Part shown: one piece after another, positions 14,078 to 27,922 of the stretch
Layout of the letters: every line of letters starts with the position of its first letter
How positions within the stretch are numbered: the first letter of the stretch is position 1
Source: Eledone cirrhosa
Taxonomy: Eukaryota
Length of the DNA: 64,000 nucleotides
Assembly: GCA_964016885.1 (NCBI GenBank)
Contig: OZ024742.1
Location: 51,832,001-51,896,000 of the forward strand
Direction of reading: 5' to 3'
Notes under the pieces: generated by a model
What the model saw: only the letters and a program-made list of their open reading frames with translations
Told to the model about the DNA's origin: nothing
The model's database searches: none
Program-made: the position numbers and the translations under genes

Positions 14078-14220
14078 TTCTATCTTTATAGCATTTCTGT
14101 GCTTAACAACTTTCTTTATACTTATATAATTACGTATATTCTCAGAGATTCGAAGGCCGAAAATTCGGCTTCTTATATTGTATATATACACACCCACACA
14201 CACGCACGCACGCGCACGCA

Positions 14221-14309
<89 letters not shown>

Positions 14310-14992
14310 ACACACACACACACTCACGCATATGTGTATATATATATATTTATATATATATTTAATACAATAACAGAGAAAGCTTTAAGCTAAACTCTGA
14401 CTGGTAACCATCTCACTCAACACACATTAGGGTATACGTTAGTATAATCCCAATTTTGTGTTTGGGGTGCTAACTATATGTATTTTGTGGAAAGCCAGTT
14501 GTATTATTTTATATGAGATATAATTAAAATCAAAATATATCTCTCTTTCCAAACAATTGTTTCATTATAAGTTTTCTACAAGTTGGGAGAATGTTTCCAG
14601 TTCATGTAGAAGCTTGACATATTTTTCTGTAAGAATATATGTAGGTGGGCACTTATAAATTATCAGTGGATGCCCATTAAACTTTGATATAAGAACAAAT
14701 TTCTTACCGCAGTTATTTTTTGTGTCCGCTAAGTCCTCCCTTCACGCATCAAATGACCGCCAAATTTGAAATTCCAGCAGTCTTTAGACTGAGGAAATAT
14801 CATAGCCTCACGAAGCGGAAAAGGGAGACAATCGCGAGTCACAAAAAAAGTAAAATTATATACACGTGGGTTAATTAGTTTTTTCAAAAACATTATCAAT
14901 CCTGCGTGTTAAGAACTCAATTAATTAAAAAGAAATAAATGTATGCATGTATTAATTACACACGCATATAGATATTTTCTTAGGCTAAAAAC

Positions 14993-15191
14993 TAGGAAAA
15001 TGTCCAAGACCCCGACGGCAGAGCTCGAGCTGTTTCGACAGGCTATTTCTGGACTAGAAATAGCCGTCGAAACGGCTCGAGTTCTGCCGCCGGGGTCTTG
15101 AACATTTTCCTATTACCCACTCTGCTACCCTAAGTATTGAGTACTCTGGTGCGTTATGCTCTACCTGGTTCCTTACCACACTTCCTTCGTT
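14993..15191 (+). mobile_element. ~200-bp hairpin-plus-tail element, copy 2
   Basis: Hairpin 14993-15112 and the same tail ending at (TA)n. Confidence 0.85.
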
Positions 15192-15682
15192 ATATATATA
15201 TATATATATAATTAAAAAATAGTTAAAGACTTATATTAATCCCCTATAATTTAATGAGCTGTGTGTGTGTGTGTGTGTGCGCGTGTGTATGTGTATATGT
15301 GTGTGTGTTTGTGTTTATAAGCATATATCGTTGGCAAAACGAGAAACAAAAGGAAATCCTTTTTCTTCGCCCGAGGAGATTTAACTCCGAACAGTCTTTG
15401 CTATATAAAATTAGCAGTTATACAATTATATACTGCAGCTATACCACACAACCACCAACTGCTCGCACTTTCAAACCCTTTTATAAATTTATATTGTAAA
15501 TATTAAGTTTTTGAATCTTTATGATCTTACCTACTTTACACTTTACACCTACTTTACACTTGCATATAGATTTGCTTAAATATTTTACATCGCTGGATAC
15601 CGTCTTCGGTTATTCTATCGATTATTAAAGACTAATATTTACTTTTATTTATTTATTTCCATGCTTATCTCTAGAAATAACT

Positions 15683-15843
<161 letters not shown>

Positions 15844-16827
15844 GTATATATATTATATATAACAGGATAGCTAATAAGCTTGAAACTAATTCATCGTTCC
15901 GTTGTCAGTGTTGAACAAAAGGGCAACGATGGTTGCTGAACCCTGTACGGCTTAATTCAGGCTGTTTGTTTACAAACAAACCGAACATTATAATAAATGT
16001 TCGGTAAACCCATACGTACATATATATATGTGTGCATGTATGTATATATATATATATACATACTACTGTACGTCTGTATACATATATGTATATATGCATA
16101 CATAATTATATATATATATATATATATTGATAAATAGATTGGTTGATAGATAAAGAGAGACAGAGAAATGCAGACTGACATGCCTACACATATATTCATA
16201 GATACGCTCTTGTGTGTGATGTACAAATAAAGCCAAATATACATATATATCATCCTCTTCCCCCTTGCAATTTAGCCTTATTTAGCAACTGGAAGTCAGT
16301 TTCGTTGAAAACCTCTCAAAATCTCACACAATATCACTTTTAGTAACAGGTAAAAATCAAAATATATACGTTTCTCTACCGCCAGTACACACAATGAAGC
16401 GAACATTTTTCATAGGCAATTGAAATTTAAGGTAAATAAGTTAATGTTAAGGGAAATAAGTGTTGTTTCTCGTAACGGAATTACTATCACCCCCGCCATA
16501 TCCTCTCAGCATCACATTGCCTAACTTTATAGACCCCCATGTCAAATTTAGCTCGGCTCTCCTTATCATCCTTCCGGGATGACAAAATGAACTACCAGTT
16601 TTTTAAACTCATATACTAAACATTTATCTCTGAAGATGTTATCATATTTCCTTCTTTAGGGATTTCATTTAATATCTATAAGATACACTTCTATACGGGC
16701 GTCGTATCATTTGTCAGACATTACATTTAATATTATTTATTTTCATATTTTCCCCTACAATTAACTAAAGGGGCCCACTTGCCATCAGGCAAGCTAACTA
16801 CCTGGCCAGCCCACCAATGTACACACA

Positions 16828-16926
<99 letters not shown>

Positions 16927-17684
16927 ATATTTGGGGAGGTTCATATATATATATATACACATCGATTGTTTATACCCACTAAGTGGGTAAAATATCTATT
17001 TGACAAATAAATTTCATAAATTTCAACAACATATGTATTGTTTTAAACCACATTGTTTCTTTACACGTCTATTTTAGATTTGTCTTAGTAATTGTCTATT
17101 TCAGCTAAAGCAATACATCTCAATCATTATGCTACAATCATTACACAAGACAATTTACCATATTTTATATTATCTGACATTTACTGAGGAGTTGATATTA
17201 AAATTTCAGAACTTAACTTTTATATTTGAAAGATTTCAACTATGTAAACCTTGTATATTTTTGTTAGTTCATATCTAGTATTTAAGTCTTTATAATTATT
17301 GCTAATGTGCAATAATTAACAGATTTCATTTTTTACAGCTTGTGATCTATCTGAACAACAACAAAAATGTGTTCTGGCTTAGTAACATTTACAGATGATC
17401 TTTCTAGTAAATAATTATCTATGATCTATTTTAACAGTCGTTCAATCTAGTAGATAGTGTTCTCGAAAAGCTATTGTCTAAACAAATGACACCTAACGTT
17501 GCACTATGAATCAAATATGTCACTGTGACCTATGTAAATAACATTCCACAATCTCAATACCTTCCCGAAACAATCGAAATATCGACTTTCAAACCAAGTA
17601 CTACTATCTTAAATAAGAGACGTTCGATGGAAAATATGATATATCTCTTTAAAAAAGAGCTGCAAAATAATGTACATAGGCATG

Positions 17685-17753
<69 letters not shown>

Positions 17754-17780
17754 ACGTATGTGTGTGTGTGTATGTGTGTG

Positions 17781-17829
<49 letters not shown>

Positions 17830-17969
17830 ATGCGTTTGTATACATCCATATGTACATACACACACGCAAATGTATATATATATATATATATTAGAAAGTG
17901 AGGTTTTTTTGCTTTTTTGTTTTTTTTTACAAAATGAAAAATAACCGAGGTGTCCTACACGAGTGGAAG

Positions 17970-18267
17970 TATAAAGAAAAAGAGATGAAATCGAAAATGC
18001 AACTAGAGTCTTATTTTTTTTTAAATATATATATTTATTTGGTTCCTTTACCGGTTTCGCAGTTCTTCTGCTTTTCAAAAGGTGAGTTGAGATGGAGGGT
18101 CTGTGGTTTTTCTCACATCTGTGAGAAAAACCACAGACCCTCCATCTCAACTCACCTTTTGAAAAGCAGAAGAACTGCGAAACCGGTAAAGGAACCAAAT
18201 AAATATATATATTTAAAAAAAAATAAGACTCTAGTTGCATTTTCGATTTCATCTCTTTTTCTTTATA
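17970..18267. repeat. Perfect palindrome with 148-bp arms and a 2-nt spacer
   Basis: Centre tctcaca-tc-tgtgaga at 18118-18119; arms appear exactly complementary. Confidence 0.95.
18155..18192 (+). ncRNA. Minimal type I hammerhead with a U3-A8 variant core (mirror copy 18045-18082 minus)
   Basis: cctt-TTGAAAA-gcag-aagaa-ctgc-GAAA-ccgg-TA-aagg. Confidence 0.8.
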
Positions 18268-18290
18268 TATATATATATATATATATATAT

Positions 18291-21200
18291 TTCTTTATTT
18301 ACCATAAAGGCATAAAAAGAAGGGACAAATACAAAGGGGGAGTTTACATAAAACCGAGTAAAAAGGGTATAAAATGAAAATAATCGAAAACAACCTCAAA
18401 AGGGAGGGGACGTGATAGGGGTTGCACACACCCTCGAAAAAGTGTGCAATCCTTTGCCCGGTGAGCACATGGAGAAGGGCTCCCCTCTCCTTCACTTCTT
18501 TACTCACAGGATGGTATACAGAGAAGGCCCATTTACACGAGCCATTCTCGTCACTATCACCCACCTTTCATAAAACTGCCTGTGGCCAAGCACCTCTCTC
18601 TCCATTCTTATCCTTCTTCCGAAGTGATATCGGAAGAAGTAGACCAGACTATGGCCAGAGGTGAAGTTGCCTGACCTCAAACCTTTCAATCGTGTCCACC
18701 AAACAACCTCTTTCAACATGGCTATTGCGCACAGAAAAACCGCCTTTGCTTCCTTTGTGAAGAGGGGAGGCGGCTTGATTGTCACCACAGACTCGGCGGT
18801 CAATCGAATCGGCGCCACCCGCGACAGCAGTCGTTCGGCGTAGCCCCACAGATCAGCCACGCCCGGACATTGCACGAATGCGTGCACAACGGTTTCTTCG
18901 TGACGCACGCATCTAGGGCAAATCTTTTTCGAGGGATCCCTGCCCGGGCGCCCGTGTCTGTAGAGCCTCTCTCGAACGGGTAGAGCCCCCCGGTAGCACT
19001 GCCAGGCTAGTGACTTCTGGAAGTTGTCCATTGGTCCCGGGCCGAAAGTCCTACCGAACAGGCTGGCCCTCTTCCATGTCCAGCGACTCTCCAAGGGTGT
19101 CATCGCCCCTGCTAGCCACCAGCCCTCTATAGAATGATGAGGTGGATTCTCCACCGATGGCCGGGCCCGCTTGCCAGAGAGCCCTGAGCGCTTGGGCACA
19201 CTCAGTGTGCCAGTCACCCAGTTTTCCGGATCTTTGCTTCACCCAGGACTGCAGCTCGGTGAGCGAGACAAGTCTCGGAAAGGCCCGTTTCACGAACCGG
19301 TTGACCAGTGAGGAATACCTGTAGGTGCCGTCGCCTTAATGCGTGCCTACGCATCATTAACCACGGCATCCCCAGCCCTCCTTTCGAAGGTTGTTGGCAG
19401 CAGATGGATCTTCTCACCATAGGGAGAGCGCTTCTTCCAAAGAAATTGGAAGAGCATGCGTTCCATGGTGGTGAGTCTTTCCTTAGGGCAAGGCACGACA
19501 GTCAGGCGGTAGTAAGTGACGGACGCTATGTAAATGTTCGCCACCTCCGCCCGACCTTTTAGGGACAGCTTACACTTGGCCCATTTCTGGGTTAGTGCAA
19601 ACACCTTGTTCGTAACCTCGTCCCAGTTCTTTTCCACCTGGAGGTCCGGTCCAAACCAGACCCCAAGCAACTTCAACGGGCCCTCCGTCCAGTGTCCGAC
19701 GAAACCATCGGGAGGCATCGGTTACCTCTCCACGTTCTGAGTTGCAGCCCGATGGATTTTTCCCGGTTCAGTTTCGCTCCTGACAACCTTTCGTAATCCT
19801 CCAGTAATGTACCGATCGCCTCGATCTCCGAGTCGGTCGATACCATTACTGTTACGTCATCGGCGTAGGCCGACACCGCTTTGCTCAATCCTGGTTCCAG
19901 GGGGATACCCTGCAACAACTCCAACTTCCTCAGTAATGGCTCGAGAGTCAATGCATACAGAAGGAGGAGAGAGGGCACCCCTGTCGAATGGATCGTGTGA
20001 TTTCGAACGACTTCGAAAGGTAGCCGTTCACCTTGATCCTAGAACAGATGTGGTTGCTATGTAAGGCAGTGATCCAGCCTCTGAAAACAGGACCAAACCC
20101 AGCCGCCGCTAGCACCGCAACCAGGTAACCATGGTCGACCCTATCGAATGCGTTAGACTGATCCAAGTTGATCAGGGCCCCACCGAAGCCGGGTTTGTTG
20201 CCAACCCTCTCTATGATGTATCGCATGAGGTGGAGGTTATCGTGAATGGACCTGGATGGGATAACACATGTCTGCGCATCTCCCACCAGGCCACCCACGA
20301 CAAGCGCCAACCTCTTTGCTAACACCTTGGCCAAAATCTTTAACTCTGTGTTTAGCAGGGTTATGGGCCGAAAATTATTTATACTATCCCCCTTGTTCTC
20401 GTCCTTCCTCACCAGAGAGACTACGCCCTTGGCTACAGAACAAGGAATTCTCCTGTTCTGCTGCCAATTGCAGTAGACCGCTTCGAGGAGTTCGGAGAAG
20501 AAGACCGGCATTGCTAAATAAAGTTTGTAAGGTATACCATCGAGAATGGAGATTTGCGTCTGCTGCATTGGCTCAGCGCATCCCCGATCTCATCAGCCGA
20601 GATTGGTCCCTCGCAGGACTCTGCCTCTTGGATCGAGAGACTCGGCAGGCCGTCGAGGTATGGGCCGAAATCCACGTCCCCGCCCGGAACCTCCCCCCCC
20701 CCCCGAATAATCGGGCAAAGTGCCTTTGAAAGGCCTCGTACATCTGCTTAGGCTCCCGGATTACCCGTCCATCCTCGTCTTGCAAAGCCGGATGGTGGAT
20801 CGATTTCCACTCTTAGCTTCTGTCACGCGGGCCTAGCCAACGGCTTCGGCCCCCTCATTACCTAGAGCACGTATTTTACTTCGAATGACGCAGCCTTCGT
20901 GCTTTGCATCGAAAAACTGGCTCAAGGCCGTCCTCGATGCCAGCACTCTGGCCACATCTTCGCTCTTGATTGCCTCTTCCAATTTACATGTTAATTCTTT
21001 CTCGTTTCTATTCCTATCGGCAGCTAACATCTTGCTATAACTTATTGATTCTGTTCTAATCTCTCTTTTGAGAGATCCCCACCATCGGTTGTTGACGATT
21101 GCACCCGTTAACCTATCCTTAACTAATCTGCTAATCCGGTTTCTGTAAGTCTCTTTTGCCGGTAAAGACAAATTAAGTTTCCAGTAACCGGGACCCTGTT

Positions 21201-24091
21201 TATGTGTTTTCTCAAGATTGACTACGCAGGTCACTAATTTGTGATCCGTATAGCCAAACGTGAGCATTTCTGGACAGCTTAATATGTCCCTATCCTTACT
21301 TCTAACTAAGAATCTATCTAAGTACGATCCAGATTGACCACTGTGGTTCGTCCAAGTCCAGGTTGGCACAGTTGGAAAATCTAGTCGATATCTATTGACC
21401 AAGTTAAAACGGCCGAGTAACCCCTTGAGGCTGTTACACCCCTCTATTAGGACATGCTCCTGCATAGTCCCAACGTGCATCTAGGATGTCATTCCAATCC
21501 CCCGCTAGAGGCAGGGAACGCGACGTTCCCAGAAAAGTCTCCAGACGCTTGAAGAAGTCGGGTCGTTCAGCTCCGAAAGGGGAGTAGACGGCGACCAGTC
21601 TCAAGGCCGCACCTTCACTACTGCCAACGTCTAGCACCAACAAACGACCCTCCGGGTCCGAGTGAACAACCTGTACGGCGAGACCCAGGTGTTTTTCCAG
21701 CAGTACGACAACCCCACCCCCACCTCCAGGTTGACAGAGAGATGCATGCACCTCAAAGTCATCGAAGGTAGGGGCCAGCTGCCGCACGACGCTGATCCGA
21801 GTCTCACAGATAACCATTACATTTATACCACGTGACCTGAGGTCATTTAGAAGCTTTGCTTGCTTCCAAGTTGAGCCCAGGCCACGTGCATTCAAACATC
21901 CTACTCTTAACACATCCATGTGGGCGGCAGAGCCAAAGGAGAGTGTAGAGACCTACCTTTCTGCTTCCCGGGTTCGGGTCGCACGACTTCCATGGGGTAG
22001 GGGGTGTTGGGTGAAGGGGTATCTTGTGGTGGTGTGGGGTCGTCAGTGTGTGGTGGGGTTGGGGTGTTTGGAGTTGTGTTGGGGAGGGGAAGGGGAAGGG
22101 GAAAGCTTTTTAGTAGGACGCGGTTTATGGGTTTGACAGAGGGTGGTCCTACGTCCTCTTTAAAATCCTTTTTTAGTTTTTGGTAGAGGTTCATTGGGAT
22201 CTTTATTAATTTTAAATGTGGGTAGTTTTCTGAAGAAACAAAGTTTACACCTTCGGTTTGTACCGAAGAGTTATTGTTTATGAGTTCATTTAATTCATTA
22301 TTGTTTCTGTTGATGTAAGTATAGTGTAATGTCTTTTTTTCGGATGGTGTGAGTGTTTCGAAGAGGGGAGGGGCAGGTTTTATTTTGTTTGTTGCTGGAG
22401 GGGTGTTTTGTATTTTGTTGGATTGTGTTGACATTTGGGTAGGGGTTGTTTGGCTTTGTGTATGTTTTGCACATGTTTTCTTTTTTTCCTTTTAATCTGT
22501 CTGAAGGACTCCGTTTCTTCCTCCGAATTCGTTGGGTTGTCTTCGGTGTTGGAGGGAAGAGGTATGTTTGCTGGTAATGTTTCCGTGTTGATTTTCTTTG
22601 TGGGGGAGATGGATGTCACTATGTTAGACTGTGTTGTGTGTTGTGGCTGCGGTGGTTGTGTTGTTTTATTGAGTGAGGGGTTGGGTGAGACTGTGTTTTG
22701 TTTTTGGGTAATGTGTTGTGACTGTTTGTGTTGTGGTGGTGGTGTAGTTTTACTGAGGGACGGGTTGGGTGGGACTGAGTTTTGTTGTTTGTTTATCTGT
22801 TGTGGCGGTGGTGGAGCTGGTGTTGGTAGCAGGGTTTTCTTCTTGTTGAGTTGGGGACAAGCCGCCTTCAGGTGCCCTCTGCCTGCACAGATATGACAGG
22901 ACGGCCTTCTCCCCTCCACGCTAATGTTTATATATCCGTGGCCCTCTAATAGGATTCTGTCGGATATTTGGGCAATGCGTTCAGGCTTCATTTGCACTAC
23001 AAGTTCTATACCTGTTCCACTGAACGCATTGCCTGTGGTTTTCCCAATGGAAAGCACGTTGTCATTCGCTGGATCGATGAAGCCAGCTATGAGCCAGCAG
23101 TAGTTCACATCTGGCATCATCGCATCCAGCCATATGCGCTGAGTTCTTTTACCCATATAAGATGGATAAAAGGTAAAATTTGTCGAACGAATCGGCGACA
23201 AAGCATATTTTTTGCCGCCGATTCGTTCTTCATAATAATCTCTAAGCTTCCATACAGTCTGTCTCTCCTTATGAAAGTGGTTTCATTAAGTACTTCTGTA
23301 AGTACTGCTTTGATTTCTGTTTGTGTTGGTTGTTGAGGTTTTTTAGAAATGTTGTTGATGGTGCGGAAAACGACCGTCCGACTTTCAATGTCTTTGGTGA
23401 GTCCTTGAGGCATTTTTACCGATAAAATACCATTTTCCCCTTGAGTTATGTATTGTCTGGCGTTTTTAATTCTTTGTGCCACATCTGAAATATTTTCAGG
23501 TATATATGTCAAAGATTTCTTTGTTGTTTGTGCAAATGAAATATTATTGGTGTTGACTTTGTCGTCTGCTTTGCTTTCTGCTATGATGTTGTTTTCAAAT
23601 GTTATTTTTGTGTTTGTTGTGTCTTTGTTTGTGGTATTAATATTGTCATGCAATTTTTCAAATTTTTTTTTTTTGTTGTTGGAATCAATGTCCAGATTTG
23701 TGTTTTCGTCATTTTTCTCCACACATTCGTCTGTTTTTATTTTATTTTTTCTTTCCTTCTCTATGACGTTAGTTGGGAAGGAAGGGGGGGGACTAAAGCG
23801 TGCGAGCTTACAACTCTTACAGCTGTCCCCCCACCACTATTTTCTTAGCTTCTTTTAACATTTCTGTCAGACGATTGAAATTTTATGCCACAAAATTTTT
23901 AAAAACAGGTTTTTCATCCCTGGGAGGGGCGAAGATGAGCTGACCCACCGCCTGACAGTTCAGACGGGGGATCAAGCTGCACAATAGTATCAAAATTAAA
24001 ATTGAACTTACAAAATTTCCGCAATAAATTGGAACAAAACTTCTGCGCGAAGTGAATTACATCTGCGCTGTAGAACAGACGACAGCTAGAT
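18291..24091 (-). mobile_element. Full-length decayed L1/Tx1-type LINE, subfamily I, inserted in (TA)n
   Basis: ORF1 pieces 23722-21907 with a CCHC knuckle (CHICAGRGHLKAAC). ORF2 pieces 21919-18504 include APE (LNARGL, GDWND, SYLD, TDH), RT (FRPITLLN, RQGCPLS, AYADD) and a C-terminal CxxC..H..C motif. AATAAA precedes the TA tail. Confidence 0.92.
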
Positions 24092-24238
24092 TATATATAT
24101 ATATATAGATAGATATATAGATATATATAAATATGTATAATATATATATGTATAAATAGTAAACAGAAATTACAACAGAATCGGTACAGTATATGGAAGG
24201 AATATATTAGATTAACGTTTGAAATAGCAGGAAGAATG

Positions 24239-24274
24239 TCTTAACATTTCGGACGCTAGTCCTTCATCAGAAGA
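24239..24274 (-). ncRNA. Minimal type I hammerhead in a ~200-bp non-coding element (about 24150-24365)
   Basis: tctt-CTGATGA-a-ggac-tagc-gtcc-GAAA-tg-TT-aaga. Confidence 0.85.
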
Positions 24275-24363
24275 AAGAATGAGAAATAATAAAGATTGAA
24301 GGGACGGGTGGGTGGAATTGGAAAAAATGTCTTTAGATAAAAATAACAGGTCCATTCATGTGG

Positions 24364-24423
<60 letters not shown>

Positions 24424-24500
24424 CGTAAAATAAGAAAATATTTTTTTAAAAAAATTTTTTTTTAATTTTTTTAAAAAATTTTTTACTTACTTAAATTTTC

Positions 24501-24582
24501 ACTCCAACTAATTAGTTTCTGCAATGGGATAAAGACAGTTACGTAATCCAACTGTCGAGAATTCATTGCGTCATCAGGGAGT
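24501..24582 (-). ncRNA. Type I hammerhead ribozyme, unit 1
   Basis: actcc-CTGATGA-cgcaatg..gacagttg/taactgtc..cattgca-GAAA-ctaattag-TT-ggagt. Confidence 0.88.
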
Positions 24583-25058
24583 CTATTCTCAGTTAAGTCT
24601 CCAGGCAATGCGCGGACACTGGCGGCTCATATAAAAATAATAATAATTCGGTAGATTGAACAGCTTGCGAGGACTGGATTCTATGTACCGAAATTCTCAC
24701 TGCTTCAAGTCAAATGGCCGATTCTAAAGAATCAATCACGTGACACAGAGTCTAGTTAGAAGGAATGGGATGGTAAGATGACTGACGCCTACTAACACCC
24801 CCAAAAAAAGTTTTTTTAGAAGTGGTTTTGGCAAGTTTGCTCGACAAATCAGTGATTTGGAGATAAAGATAGATAATTTAATATATCAACTAACATAAGC
24901 GCACAGATGCACGCCCATGCTAGCAAATACACAGGTTATGTCATAGTACCTAGGTGGTTCAATGCAGGAGAATGCAGAACAATAATATAAAAGACGTAAA
25001 ATAAGAAAATATTTTTTAAAAAAAAATTTTTTTAAATTTTTTACTTACTTAAATTTTC

Positions 25059-25140
25059 ACTCCAACTAATTAGTTTCTGCAATGGGATAAAGACAGTTAC
25101 GTAATCCAACTGTCGAGAATTCATTGCGTCATCAGGGAGT
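25059..25140 (-). ncRNA. Type I hammerhead ribozyme, unit 2
   Basis: Identical to 24501-24582, 558 bp away. Confidence 0.88.
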
Positions 25141-25584
25141 CTATTCTCAGTTAAGTCTCCAGGCAATGCGCGGACACTGGCGGCTCATATAAAAATAATA
25201 ATAATTCGCTAGATCGAACAGCTTGCGAGGACTGGATTTTATTTACCGAAATTCTCACTGCTTCAAGTCAAATGGCCGATTCTAAAGAATCAATCACGTG
25301 ACACAGAGGCTAGTTAGAAGGAATGGGATGGTAAGATGACTGACGCCTACTAACACCCCAAAAAAAAAGTTTTTTTAGAAGTGGTTTTGGCAAGTTTGCT
25401 CGACAAATCAGTGATTTGGAGATAAATATAGATAATTTAATATATCAACTAACATAAGCGCACAGATGCACGCCCATGCTAGCAAATACACAGGTTATGT
25501 CATAGTACCTAGGTGGTTCAATGCAGGAGAATGCAGAACAATAATATAAAAGACGTAAAATAAGAAAATTTATATATTAAATTA

Positions 25585-25685
<101 letters not shown>

Positions 25686-25690
25686 GTGTG

Positions 25691-26278
25691 TGTGAAAAAT
25701 ATGGGGAGAAGAATACTGCATGGTTGCACATGGATTACATGTTATAAAAGGACTCCCTCATCAGTGATTTGCCAACGATCATTGGTATTTCATCGTATTA
25801 AAAATCATATACCTCACGTTGGTGCGATAATAACTAAAATAAGTTATTAGGACAATTGAAACGCGTAAAGCGAGTGAGACAAGTAAACAACACAGGGGAA
25901 AGCTAACCGAAGATAGAATGAAACACAAGCAACATGATTATTCTGTCAGTATAAGCTGTGTGAATATATGGGCGACTAGAAATAGACATTCCGCTAGTGA
26001 ATCCGATGTAAGAAAGAAGGAAAATCGTTTTCGTAGCGAACGGGGGGAAGTGAGAAGGGGAGAAACAGAGAGTGAGTGAGTGGAAGTGCGAGGAAGAGGT
26101 CAGTAGAGAGAAAGTGTTAACTTACATGACAGAGGGGACGAAAGAAAGTAAGAGAAACAGAGAGAACGAGGGAGCAGTAAGAGAGAAAGAGAGAAACTCA
26201 GAATCGCAGTTTAGGTAAATATATGTGAAAAATATGGGGAGAAGAATACTGCATGGTTGCACATGGATTACATGTTAT

Positions 26279-26282
<4 letters not shown>
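25691..26282. repeat. Non-coding element with identical 59-bp terminal direct repeats
   Basis: 25691-25749 equals 26224-26282; the interior start resembles the arm ends of 55203-56164. Confidence 0.8.
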
Positions 26283-26331
<49 letters not shown>

Positions 26332-26949
26332 CCAAGTGAACGGAGAGACGGAGAGAGAGAGAGAGGAAAATATATATGCATATCTTCTTTTACACATCTG
26401 TTATCGATGCCAAGCCTAAGTTCCTCTTGCAGCCAATGGAGTTAATTCCCATTGAGAAATCTTGAACAAATGTGACGAAATCTTTAATATACTTAACCAT
26501 ATATGGAGGTCGTATAGGTGGCTCTGAATCGAAATGTATATGTGCAACCTGGAGTGTAATTTAATTTTGTAAATTCCAAACTTCTTTTTAAACACATTTT
26601 ATATATATTAAAATCTAAATATTCAAAAATATAAGAGTTTTCGTGAAGTGGTGCATGTATTATGTGTATGTGCTTGGGCATTTGTTATGTGTGCGTTTTA
26701 TGCATGCGTAGATGACAGAAATTAGGGCTATTAAAGAATATTGGGTCTGATAAACGTTCCAGACTGTTAGAAAGTAGTTTGAGATGTGCAAAAAAGCTCT
26801 AAAATCTTCAGTCTTAGGGTTTAATTGTTTGTTTGTTGAGTAGAATCCTTGAAAAATCCTAAATTTTTCACTGAGTTTGTGTGGGCTTCTCGTAGTTCCA
26901 TTGGTGTAGGCCATGAACTTCTCGAGTAATTTCAATGTTATTTTAAATG

Positions 26950-27700
26950 GTACTCCTTTTCTTTACCAGCGTGGTGTTTGTTTCCATGTCGGGATATCTT
27001 AATGAGGAAACGTGCGTGTAGAATATTTGTTTAAGCCGGTCTTGCATTGCAACATGCCATCATAATTTTCAATGATTTCCGGGTGGTTACTGTTGGTATA
27101 TTTAATTTCTGTCTCGTAGACAATGGGCATTAGATTAGAATTTACTTGTAATGGGCAGTCGTCTTTTATCTTGGAAGAGCATCCTGGATTTACATAGGGT
27201 TTATTCTTTCTCATTTTTTGTTTCATAGATGGTGGTGGGAAAGAATAACATATCTCCAGATAGAGGTGAGTGTAGATCTTACTGTCCCTATGTTGTGGAG
27301 GAAGGTGCATATCAACTATGTCTAAGAATCCCTTAGACAGATTTATCCTTACGTTAAGTGAATGAGGAAGGTGTTAGATTATATTTCGTTTTCTATTTCT
27401 ATTCATAGATTAAGGTTTATTGTGCATGTACACGATCTTTTCTCTAAATCCATTATCTCGTAGGGCTTTGCAGTATGATGGGGTCTTCATAAATATATCT
27501 CCTTAAGCTGATATTAGGTACTAGATTATTATACATAGTAGATGGGTGGCAGGGTCCCCTGTTAATATATTTTAGTCTTTCATTCAGCTCATGGTAAGTT
27601 GTATATGCACCAGTGGATAGATTTGAATTATCGCCAAAGACTATCCACTGGTACACATAAACCTTACCATAGTTCCTTTTATTGTTTATCTAGTGATATC
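26950..27700 (-). pseudogene. Ancient PLE remnant (linker/GIY-YIG region)
   Basis: ORF 26999..27310 ICYSF..SMKQKM...GCSSKIKDDCPLQVNSNLMPIVYETEI resembles the PLE1/PLE2 LSYS..CxC..CPL..IVY segment. Confidence 0.45.
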
Positions 27701-27869
27701 CTGTGTATATATACATATGTTTGTGTGAGAGTGAGAGATGGGGAGAGAGATAGAATGACATACAGAGAGAAAGAACGAGAGAAATGGATAGGTAGGTAGA
27801 TAGATAGATAGATAGATACGCAGCTATATCTGATTTATATGTTTATATATTAGTATCTAGTCATAGGTG

Positions 27870-27922
<53 letters not shown>

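Larger units (their letters stand above)
24413..25570 (-). mobile_element. Retrozyme-like tandem repeat: two ~560-570-bp units plus ~30 bp, one HHR per unit
   Basis: agacgtaaaataagaaaat recurs at 24421, 24992 and 25551. No ORF; (TA)n on both flanks. Confidence 0.85.

Noticed and set aside
16480-16600. Very decayed SINE-core-like sequence
   Set aside because: Only tcatccttccggg..aaaatgaactaccag resembles the core; boundaries cannot be supported.
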